Positions 41,745 through 51,075 of a stretch of DNA of 64,000 nucleotides are shown here, one piece after another. The notes under the pieces were generated by a model. That model was given only the letters and a program-made list of their open reading frames with translations, did not search any database and was not told where the DNA came from. How positions within the stretch are numbered: position 1 is the stretch's first letter; the number at the start of each line of letters is the position of its first letter. The translations under genes were made by a program, and so were the position numbers. Source of the DNA: Candidatus Poribacteria bacterium (GTDB taxonomy: Bacteria; Poribacteria; WGA-4E; WGA-3G); NCBI GenBank assembly GCA_963665235.2, contig CAXXLX010000001.1:672001-736000 (forward strand), given 5' to 3'.

Positions 41745-43110
41745 TTGCTTTGTCCTTGTTTTCGTTCTTTCCCAATCTCGGATGGGTTCGTTTCCTCAAT
41801 ACAATATAGATGCGTAAGCGAACGGAGATATGAGCGCATTGTCTGCAGACGGCACCAGATGCGATAAACCCATCATCAAACTCATTCCGGGCGATTAATT
41901 TAAATTCACGCGCCGCACGGATAACGGACACGCGTCCTTCCATGCTGAAAAAGTAGATGTTGCCGCCTGCATATAAGGGGGATGCCCAATGATTTCCGCC
42001 GATACGACCTCTCCATACTGGGTTTCCGTTTTTTGCCTCCACACAAGAAGCCACACCACCCTCGTTAACCATAAACATCAAATCATCTATGATGAGTGGC
42101 GATGGTATTTCAGGGGCCCCTTTGCGATTGCGCCAAACGATATGTGTATCCGTAACATCGCCTGTCCCAGAGGGATTAACCGCTAACAGTAGTTTTTCTA
42201 CGCCGGTTGTAAAGTAGACGAGATTATGTGCAAAAATCGGTCGGCATGCAACGTTCCAACCCCATCCTTCATGTTGAACTCGCCAGAGTTCATCGCCTGT
42301 TTTCGGGTTATAAGAGATTGTGACTTCTGCTGCAGGACTAATCAATTGTTTCCTTCCCTGATAAGTGATGATTGTCGGCGTTGCGTAGGATTTCCTGTTA
42401 TCATTAGGTTTCTCTTTTTTGGTTTTTTCGGTATCGGTAATGCCCTTCGCTCTGAGAACAGCCTCGAAATCTGAGTCAACTTTTCGATGTTCTAACCACA
42501 AAGTGTCGCCCGTATTTTTGTCAAGTGCTGCAACAAACTGTACATCGACACCATCAAAAGTCAGAAATAGTGCGTCTTCATCAATAATTGGCGAAGAAGC
42601 GGGACGCACCCGGTGGTCACAGTTGAGATTTCTCCGTTCCCAAAGTGTATCGCCAGTTTTCGTGTCCAAACAGGCGGTGCCATAAGTGCCGTAATGAACG
42701 TAGATGCGTCCATCCTCTATAACAGGCGTAGGTGATGCATGACTGTTAAGCTCCGCATGTTCGAGTTGCGGCTCTGTTACATCGAACACTTTTATATCGT
42801 GCAAAATATCGCCGCTTTCTAAGTCTACACAGACAGCAAAAAGTTCGCGCCCATCTTCACGCGCGGTTGTTACCCAAATCTGATTCCCCCAAACGACTGG
42901 TGATGAATATCCCTTGTCGTGAATAGGCGTTTTCCAACGGACGTTTTCCGTTTCACTAAATTCGATAGGAAGGTCAGTCGTACTTATCGTGCCATCTCCG
43001 TTTGGGCCACGGAACTGATGCCAATAGTCCTCACCGGTGCAGCTCTGTGGATTCAAACAGGTAAAAGAGAAAACTACCAGCATCAAAACAGTTAAACCAA
43101 ATCTATACAT
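41741..43110 (-). CDS. PQQ-like beta-propeller (BamB-like) protein; 3' end apparently frameshifted
   Basis: WHQFRGPNGDG, SSPVVWG, ASPTPV; expected tail ADNALI-LRSLTHLYCI recovered by removing two single bases at ~41830 and ~41847. Confidence 0.8.
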
Positions 43111-43136
43111 GTCCTCACCTCGTCCGTTATTGTATA

Positions 43137-44228
43137 CTATTCACTTGTGAGTTCCGCCACACAGCGGAAGCCAACCCCAATACTATTGCTCAGATTCGGG
43201 TTCCTCTGCTGTCCGGGTTCAGGTCTTTCCGCGTCCGCATTTAGCCACGGTGGCCCTTGTCCTTGTGGGGGCCCTTGCCCCCGCGGTGGCCTTTGTCCTT
43301 GTGGGGGCCTTTGCCTATTCTCCAATTCTGCGAATTCCACTATAGGGGAGAAACCGGGCGCGGTCGGTTCCAGTTTTAGACGACGTGCAAGCCGTAGGTT
43401 TGCTGGATAGCTGGACCATCCACCGCCTCTTAAGACGCGTTCTGTTCCTATTTCCGGTCCCTTTGGGTTTTCAAGGGCTGAACTGCTGTAATAGTTTTCA
43501 CTGTACCAATCGCTACACCATTCCCAGGCGTTGCCTGTCATATCCCGTAAACCGTAGCCGTTAGCGGGGTATTTCCCAACGGGAGCGGTGTAGGAATAAC
43601 CGTCCTCAGCCCGCTGGCTTGGATTAACCCCAGAAAAGTTGCAGTCCGCCGCTTCAGGTGCCCGATTGCCCCAGGCGTGCCGTTTCCCGGTTAAACCGCC
43701 CCGGGCGGCATATTCCCATTCAGCCTCGGTTGGTAGCCGTTTACCTGCCCATTCGGCGTAGGCCTGGGCATCACTGAAAGTGATACCTACAACGGGATGT
43801 TTATCGGTGGGCGGCGTGAAACCTGCCCCCTGCTGCCCGCGCCTGTCTACCACAACGTCCGCTCTTTCTGCTCTTTCCGCTATCCAATCAGGAACTTGGG
43901 GAGGTAAGGTGCCGTGGTCCGTTTCACTTAAAAACTGCTTATATTGCCCAATTGTCACCTCATACCGGTCCATATAAAAAGCGTCCAATGTCACCTCATG
44001 GACAGGGAGTTCATCTGTCTTTCCTTCCGCAAAAGGGTCGCCCATTTTAAAAGTGCCGGCAGGGACCAACACCATAACCGCGTTGTCCTTCTCCCAGGTA
44101 ATAACCCTGAGCGGTGTATTATCATCGACTTCGGGTTGTGAGGTTTTCGGTTGGTCTGTAATCGTGTCATCCGCGCCACAACCCGCTAAAACAATCGCAA
44201 TTAACACCCCGCACACTAATTTTCTCAT
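43137..44228 (-). CDS. formylglycine-generating enzyme (FGE-sulfatase) domain lipoprotein
   Basis: LAGC lipobox; RLPTEAEWEYAARGG, NGYGLRDMTGNAWEW, GFRC. Confidence 0.9.
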   Translation of the reverse strand: MRKLVCGVLIAIVLAGCGADDTITDQPKTSQPEVDDNTPLRVITWEKDNAVMVLVPAGTFKMGDPFAEGKTDELPVHEVTLDAFYMDRYEVTIGQYKQFLSETDHGTLPPQVPDWIAERAERADVVVDRRGQQGAGFTPPTDKHPVVGITFSDAQAYAEWAGKRLPTEAEWEYAARGGLTGKRHAWGNRAPEAADCNFSGVNPSQRAEDGYSYTAPVGKYPANGYGLRDMTGNAWEWCSDWYSENYYSSSALENPKGPEIGTERVLRGGGWSSYPANLRLARRLKLEPTAPGFSPIVEFAELENRQRPPQGQRPPRGQGPPQGQGPPWLNADAERPEPGQQRNPNLSNSIGVGFRCVAELTSE

Positions 44229-44247
44229 ATTCACTTTCCTTTTCCTT

Positions 44248-45642
44248 TTAGGCAACCAATTCCGAAACGACTTTGGCACCGTCAGGGGCGATACGTACCG
44301 GTCTTCCATCAGGCGTATGTAATTCTAGGTGTGGTTCAATGCCGAGTAGCGTATAGATTGTGGCAGCGAGGTCCGAGGGTGTCACCGGATGTTCCTTCGG
44401 AAATTCGCCGAGAGCGTCGCTGCTGCCGATAATCTGCCCGCCTTGCACGCCTCCGCCCGCCAGTACAACACTGAACACGTTAGGCCAGTGGTCACGTCCG
44501 CCTTGTGAGTTAATCTTCGGTGTGCGTCCAAATTCCCCCATAACTACCACGAGCGTCTCCTCCAGCATGCTGCGGTCAGTCAGGTCCTGAATTAACGCGC
44601 TAAAAGCCTTATCAAGGGAGGGCAGATGTGCATGCCGGTCGGTTGGATAACGTTCCTTCAGTGTAAAGATATTCTGATGCGTATCCCAGCCGGTGTGGTT
44701 GACCGTCACGAAGGGCACCCCGCGTTCGACTAACCGCCGTGCAAGTAAACAGCTCAGCCCGATTCCGTTGACCCCACCCATGCCGTATCGCTCGCGGACT
44801 TCTCTGGGTTCACCGGATAGGGTGAATGCTGCCTTCGCTTCAGGCGATGTAATCAGATTATAGGCACGTTCCAGCTCCGGGTCCGGAATTGTTGGCGCGC
44901 CACCGTCTTTAGCATCACTAAATGCATTGAGGGCATCGACGAACTCTCTCCGCCGTGAAAGCCGTTCCAAATCCAATCCCTGATAGAAATCCAGGTCTCT
45001 GACTGTGAAGCTGGACCGCTCTTTAGACTTCCCCGCGCCGCTGCTGACCGAAAATGGACTTGTCGATATAGGCAAATATCCGTTACCGAGTGCCGCGGTC
45101 AAGCCCAAATTGAAATTGGGAATTGCGATGTTAGGCGGTAGACTTGCGGCAAGCGGGTGCTCACCCTCACTGTTTTGAGCGCGGACATGTGCCACAGTAG
45201 CCCCATAAGTCGGATAATCCAACGCTGGAGTTGGTTTATAGCCGGTCATCAAATATTGTGCGGCTAGATTGTGTTCCCCAAGCGGAGAGGTCATAGAGCG
45301 GATAATAGCAAGTTTATCCATCATCCCTGCTGTCCGTTCCATGCATTCGCTGAAACGTATACCCGTGACGTTCGTGGGAATAGTGCCCAGGGGTCCGCGA
45401 ACCTCTTGCGGCGCATCCGGTTTCGGGTCGAAGGTTTCGAGATGACTAGGTCCGCCATCGAGCCATATTAGGATACAGGATTTTGTTTTTGCTGTTGTGT
45501 AGGAGCGAGGTGACCTCGCCCCTACGGCAAAGGCGCGTTGTAGGTGAAAAAAGTCGCCTAGTCCGAGGCCCAATGCTGTCAATCCGCCGACGCGTAGGAA
45601 ATCGCGGCGGTGCATTCCGTCACATCGTTTTGTCGTGTTCAT
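44248..45642 (-). CDS. DUF1501 protein (Tat signal)
   Basis: RRDFL, GGPSHLETFDPKP, ARRLVERGV, GWDTH, GEFGRTP, GRDHW. Confidence 0.92.
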   Translation of the reverse strand: MNTTKRCDGMHRRDFLRVGGLTALGLGLGDFFHLQRAFAVGARSPRSYTTAKTKSCILIWLDGGPSHLETFDPKPDAPQEVRGPLGTIPTNVTGIRFSECMERTAGMMDKLAIIRSMTSPLGEHNLAAQYLMTGYKPTPALDYPTYGATVAHVRAQNSEGEHPLAASLPPNIAIPNFNLGLTAALGNGYLPISTSPFSVSSGAGKSKERSSFTVRDLDFYQGLDLERLSRRREFVDALNAFSDAKDGGAPTIPDPELERAYNLITSPEAKAAFTLSGEPREVRERYGMGGVNGIGLSCLLARRLVERGVPFVTVNHTGWDTHQNIFTLKERYPTDRHAHLPSLDKAFSALIQDLTDRSMLEETLVVVMGEFGRTPKINSQGGRDHWPNVFSVVLAGGGVQGGQIIGSSDALGEFPKEHPVTPSDLAATIYTLLGIEPHLELHTPDGRPVRIAPDGAKVVSELVA

Positions 45643-45654
45643 TTTCCTCTCCTT

Positions 45655-48600
45655 TTAACGGTCTTCACGTTCACGCTCGGTATCCTTGTCACGGCGCATC
45701 TTTTCTTTGCTGCTCACTGGATTTTTACCTTCAGCTGAAGCAATTGCGAATGCAATTTGAGCAATACCTACCTCTTTTGCTATATCCATTACTTTGACAA
45801 TCTGTTCATGAAGTACATCTCGTTCAGATTCGATAATAAGCGTGGATTTTTGTTCTTCAGGCAATTTGCGGAGGAGTGAAGACATTTCGTCAAACCCTAC
45901 AACGGTTCCATTTAGGAGCATTTTACCCATTTTTCCCTTCTCGGTAGGGTTTTTAATTTCGATTATAGGGTTTTTCTCGTTCAACCATTTTTGTAGGGTA
46001 GCAGGTTTTTCGCCGATTAGGGCACCGACGGCACCGAGGACGTAAGGGTCAGGCTGCAGCATCGGCTGCGCGAGAGCAAAGTTATAAAGCACTTTCCCCT
46101 CTTTAACGATAAGAACTGTTTGTGCTACGTTACGATTCAACCCGTAGCTGCCAGGGCCTTCACGACCATCAGGAGAAATACCGAGTAAAACATCGCGTGG
46201 TATATGCGGTACAATCTTGCTACCATGTTCCGCCAAAGTATCCGGTGTGTTTCCCAAAAACACAACACCGATATGGAATTTCTTTTTAGATTTTTGGGCA
46301 ATTTGAGCGAGCAACCGTGAAACGCCGACCAATCCGCGTAAACCGAGGCGGCTTTCGTCCTGCAAGAAGAGCACGAGCGGTTGTCCATTTGCCTTGGCGA
46401 TGACATCGAACGTTTTTCCCTTTGCTTTACCGTTGATAATCATAGCCTTCAGAGGCGGAAGCTTCTCACCGGGTTGCGGTCCGGAGAAAAGTGCTTTGTT
46501 CTGCACCCGCTTGAATTCAGCTGGATTTTTCACCTGAACGTTCAGTCTACGGGCGCGGTTTTGCCCCTCCGGATTTGCAAGGGCACGGCGGGCTGCCATA
46601 CCTTCTGCATCGTTCAATTTGCCGTCGCCATCTTTGTCAAACCGCTTAATCATTTCTTCACGAGACAAATTCATGAGCTCCTCACGTGATGGAGCCCTTT
46701 CGCGTTCTTTATCTCGTGTGCCTTCGCGGTCTTGTAGCCGTTTCAAGCGTGCCTCTGGTGAGCGTGTGCCTTCCCGTTCTCTATCTTGGTTGCCTTCAGG
46801 GTCCCGTAGTCGCTTCAAGCGTGATTCTGGCGAACGTGCCCCTTCCCGTTCCTTATCTCGTGTGCCTTCCCGTTCTTGCTGCTGCTTCAAACGCGCTTCC
46901 GGTGAAAGTGTGCCTTCACGTTCCTTCATCTGCTTCAAGCGTGCCTCCGGTGAACGCTCCTTTTCGCCTTTGTCGCGCTCCATCTGTTTATCTTCAGCAG
47001 AGCCCATCTTCTGAGAGGTTTCTGCTGTCTTCTTAAGAAGTTTTTCGCCTTCCTCCCAGGTGATACCCATCTCCTCAAGCCATTCGGTTGCCTCTGCTCT
47101 GGAGACTTTTCCACTTTTAACTGCTTCGCGAATTCCAGCAAATTTTTTCGCAATGAGCAACTTATCGTCCAAATCCGTTTCTTTGTATCGCTTCGCCGAT
47201 TCTTCATTTAGCAATTTCTCGAACGTAGTAGTCTCTACATCAATAGCTTGTGCGATGGCACCGAGGAGATGTGGGTCGGTATAAATCATAGGTTGTGCAA
47301 ACGCAAAGTTGTGGAGGACTTTCCCATCTTTAGCGATAATAACTGTCTGTGCCACATTGCGATTCAGTCCATACACGCCAGGCCCTTCACGTCCATCTTG
47401 AGATAGACTGAACTGAAAACGTGTGGCAAATGGACTCACTTCCTTCTTAAAATATTCAGGAAGTTTCACCTTGTCCTCGCTGAGAAATAGGACTGCGATT
47501 TGTAATTGCGCCTCCACCTTATCTAGAATGGGTGCGACCGTATCGGTAAAAATATAGAGTCCCTTAATCCCGACCTCACTGTTGTCTTGCAAGAAAAGCA
47601 GAAGCGGTTTGTCTTCCACAGCAGCAATGATATCGTATGTTTTTTCATCAAAATCACCACCGATGCCGGTCCCTTTCAACGGCGGAAGGTTTTCGCCCGG
47701 CTGCGGGCCAGAAAACACCCGGTTTTCTGGAGACGTATCAAACGTGCTTGGATCTAACACTCTGATGGTTTCTCCCTCTTTGTATTCCTTCTCGCTCTTC
47801 ATTTTCTGCTTTTCAACATTATCAGCCGGTTTTTCCGATTTACCGAAAACCGCCTGTGAGAAAAATGGGAGTTGAACCGTTCGCAGCGGAGCGAGCTGTG
47901 CCATTGCAAGCAGGGGTAGCCCGGTTAAAAGAAGGGTGAGTGTCACAACAAGCAAGCGATGTCGATTTTGACAGTCGAGGCGGCGATTGTTTTTCAGGAT
48001 AGCACTAATCCGAGATTCCAATTGTGAGGGTTGATTTATGCCCAAAGCAAGCGGTATCGCGCGTTCCTTGTGGCGAACTAGGTCCAGCAAACACTGTGCA
48101 TAGCTCTTTCGCGCGCCTGTCAATTGGATAACCCAATCATCACAAATCTGTTCCCGTAAATAGGTGAGTTTTCGGTTAAGTAGATGATAAATCGGATGGA
48201 AAAAGAAGATAGCCCCAACTACGTGTGAAAAGAGATTCGTCAACCAGTCCAGCCGATGTACGTGTGCTAATTCATGGGCGGCAACTAATTCGAACTGCTC
48301 TAGAGCAAGCGTTTCTGGTATCAGGACGCTCGGAGATAGCCACCCGAACGAAATAGGCGACACAATCTGCGCGGAGGTGTAAACGGTCACTTTCCGTTTA
48401 ATATTTAGCTGCTGCGCCAATCGTCGGCACGCTGCCTGATATGCATCACCAGCGATTGAGGCTGTTCGGCGCAGTTGATGGATACGGTACAAGCCAACGC
48501 CTATCCGTCCCAACATGATGAGTGTCCCGATTGCCCATGCACATAGCAGCACATCAATCCATTTCCAATTGGATAGGAAAAAACCGGTTGTCACTGCTTC

Positions 48601-48903
48601 GCTTTCCACAGCCCCTGGCTTTCAACGGCCGCGAGACCAATTGGAGGATTCAACGGGTTGGATTGCGGGCAACACAGCGGATTCTGCCGACATCACTATC
48701 GGCTGAACCGTTCCGAACGAGATAGCTGGCACAGCCTGATTTAACGCAAATAGGATAGGAAGGCTGATTAAAGAAAACAACCATAGCAGATGAACAGTCG
48801 TGTTCGAACGGCGGAAACGGCTGGTAACCCCCCAAATCAAAACACCTAATAGCATCCACTGCCATGAACAGTTGAGTAATGAAAAAAGGATTTGCTTAGT
48901 CAT
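45655..48903 (-). pseudogene. BlaR1-like M56 peptidase with long C-terminal extension, interrupted by an in-frame TGA at 48622-48624
   Basis: ORFs 48622..48963 and 45655..48609 are in the same frame; HELAH..R.D, FFFHP, REQICDD; start 48903 overlaps the blaI stop. Confidence 0.75.
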
Positions 48904-49312
48904 TAGTCTCTCCTTGCAAGGGTTGAGGGACGGATATACCTGCCACCTCCGGTTGATAATCATTAATTAGTTTTTGTAGCCGGTTGAGTTCTACGGGGCT
49001 AGTCTGTCGCACCTCAAGTAACGTGTTCACCAATTTTTCTGCCGAATTGTCAAACAGACGTTCCAGTAAATCGGTGAGCATAGAGTGCGTAATTTCTGTC
49101 TCTTTCACCAAAGGTTGATAAACGAACGTTCGCCCATCAACTTGATGCGACAAAAAACCTTTCTTTTCGAGGCTTTTCATCGTTGTAGCGACGGTGGTAT
49201 ACGCGAGTTTTCGGTCGATGTTATCAAGCACATCGTTGACTGTGGCACGCGTCAGTTTCCACACCACTTTCATCACTTCAAGTTCCAAATGGTGTAATTT
49301 TCGGGGCTTCAT
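48896..49312 (-). CDS. BlaI/MecI/CopY family repressor
   Basis: LELEVMKVVW, AYTTVAT..LEKKG, GRTFVY.P. Confidence 0.93.
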   Translation of the reverse strand: MKPRKLHHLELEVMKVVWKLTRATVNDVLDNIDRKLAYTTVATTMKSLEKKGFLSHQVDGRTFVYQPLVKETEITHSMLTDLLERLFDNSAEKLVNTLLEVRQTSPVELNRLQKLINDYQPEVAGISVPQPLQGETND

Positions 49313-49375
49313 CGTGAGTTCCTCCTCGTTTGTTTTACTACTATAAAATACTATTTGTCAATACGGAGTAATAGT

Positions 49376-49404
49376 ATTATACACCCTAGAGAGGCGTTTG
49401 TCAA
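49376..49404 (-). promoter_or_regulatory. consensus sigma-70 promoter of the blaI operon
   Basis: TTGACA-17-TATAAT; TACTATT/AATAGTA inverted repeat (49349-49376) just downstream as candidate operator. Confidence 0.75.
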
Positions 49405-49554
49405 GTTAATTTTGCAAAAAAGTGCGGATTTTTACATTTTTTTCGGTATAATTTCGTGAAAAATGCGTAATTTTTACGTTTTTTCATAATTTCTGGTATA
49501 ATTAATTTTAATGAAACTGGAAGAGCCTACTAAAATACCTTCAGAAGAATAGGA

Positions 49555-49840
49555 GTTCTCATGAATAACCGTTTGGGAGCTCTTTTTTATGATAGCGGAC
49601 ATCTTGGATTGGATTTTCAATCTTTTTAACCAAAGAGGTGATTATAACAGCCAAAACTGCTTTCTGGGATTCTGCTTTTTCAACGATAATTTCAACCCAT
49701 TTTTGTTGCGACTCTGAGAGTTCGGTCTAGGTATTGCGCTTCGATTCTGCAAGTTGATAGGCATCTTCTAAAATTGCACGCACGTAACCAAAGAGGTGAT
49801 TATAACAGCCAAAACTGCTTTCTGGGATTCTGCTTATTCA
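49555..49840 (-). pseudogene. remnant of a type II restriction endonuclease (SacI-family-like N-terminus)
   Basis: Hand translation VRAILEDAYQLA..*..LAVIITSLVKKIENPIQDVRYHKKELPNGYS*; internal stop, truncation and ~50-bp duplication. Confidence 0.6.
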
Positions 49841-50887
49841 CTATTCCTCAAATAGACTCAGTGCTGCAAGCTGTGTATCTGAAACCCGTTGTCGCGCATA
49901 TTCACAGTATTCGGCATTGATGTCATAACCGATATAATGCCTACCTAGTTTTTTACAGGCGACTGCCGTCGAGCCGGACCCCATGAACGGGTCGAGCACG
50001 AGCGCGCCAGCAGGTGTGAGCAGGTGTAAAAACTCCTCCACAACTTCCACCGGATAGATTGCCGGATGCTTATTTCCTTTAACAGCGGCTACTGACGTTT
50101 CAATTACATCTCGCTTGAGTTTATTGCCGTGCATCCGGATAATCGTAAAACCTTTATTCTTGATTTGGAGTGTGCGTCCACCTATCTGTCCACCGAACGG
50201 TTCGGCATGAATACCGCGAATTTTCATCCGAAAACTGTGTGTCTCCCCTCGATGTACCTCTTGGATAACTTTTGTAAGTTCACGTCGTGCGTTGGTTTTC
50301 TCCGCTTCAGATAGTTCAGATTCCGCAATGAGCTCAAAATAGCGCTGCCCGACCTTTGCGCTCGCCTTTTTACGGAACTGCTTCGGTGTTTGCGGCTCCG
50401 CTAAGAAGGCATCAAGGTCATAGAAATAGTCGTCTGACTTTGCAAAGTGGAAGAAAGGCTCCGTGCTACTGACAAGTCGCCGGCGAAACTGACGCGGGGT
50501 CGGATTCCTTTTGACCCAGGTAATCTCGTTGACTAGTTTAACCAAACCTGTTTCTGTCGCTGCAAGGGCAAAACGGTAGGGGACAAGCAACAGATTGCTT
50601 TTCTGATACTTGTCGCCTATGTTGAACACAAGACTGCCATCATCTTTCACAACACGGACACACTCGCGAAAGAGCTCAAGGAGTATACCAATGTATTCAT
50701 TGACATCGGTTTCGTTACCCATACCGCCGCCATAATCGCGCTGTTGAAAATAGGGCGGTGAGGTAATGACCAAGTGAACGCTGCAATCCGGCAACTTCTG
50801 AATGAGTTCAAGATTGTTTCCACAGAGAATTTGGTCAATCGGGAGCGATTTATCAGTATTCTGAAGATTTTCGGATGTGGACAGCAT
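49841..50887 (-). CDS. beta-class N4-C/N6-A DNA methyltransferase
   Basis: TSPPY before DPFMGSGST; HPAIYP. Confidence 0.92.
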   Translation of the reverse strand: MLSTSENLQNTDKSLPIDQILCGNNLELIQKLPDCSVHLVITSPPYFQQRDYGGGMGNETDVNEYIGILLELFRECVRVVKDDGSLVFNIGDKYQKSNLLLVPYRFALAATETGLVKLVNEITWVKRNPTPRQFRRRLVSSTEPFFHFAKSDDYFYDLDAFLAEPQTPKQFRKKASAKVGQRYFELIAESELSEAEKTNARRELTKVIQEVHRGETHSFRMKIRGIHAEPFGGQIGGRTLQIKNKGFTIIRMHGNKLKRDVIETSVAAVKGNKHPAIYPVEVVEEFLHLLTPAGALVLDPFMGSGSTAVACKKLGRHYIGYDINAEYCEYARQRVSDTQLAALSLFEE

Positions 50888-51075
50888 TCTTTAGTTCCTA
50901 ATATTCACGACACTTTGACCAATTTTAGTGCCAGCTTTATGCAACTTAACATTAAATAGTCTAACCGAAATTCCGGTAAATGTCAAGTTTTTTAAGATTT
51001 CTCCAAAAACCCGCGTCATGCCATTTGCCATTAAGCCAAAAAACTTTACGATGGACAGAACACGCAGCACACCCC

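Noticed and set aside
48622-48624. Selenocysteine recoding
   Set aside because: Falls in a non-conserved linker with no Cys/redox context and no evident SECIS hairpin
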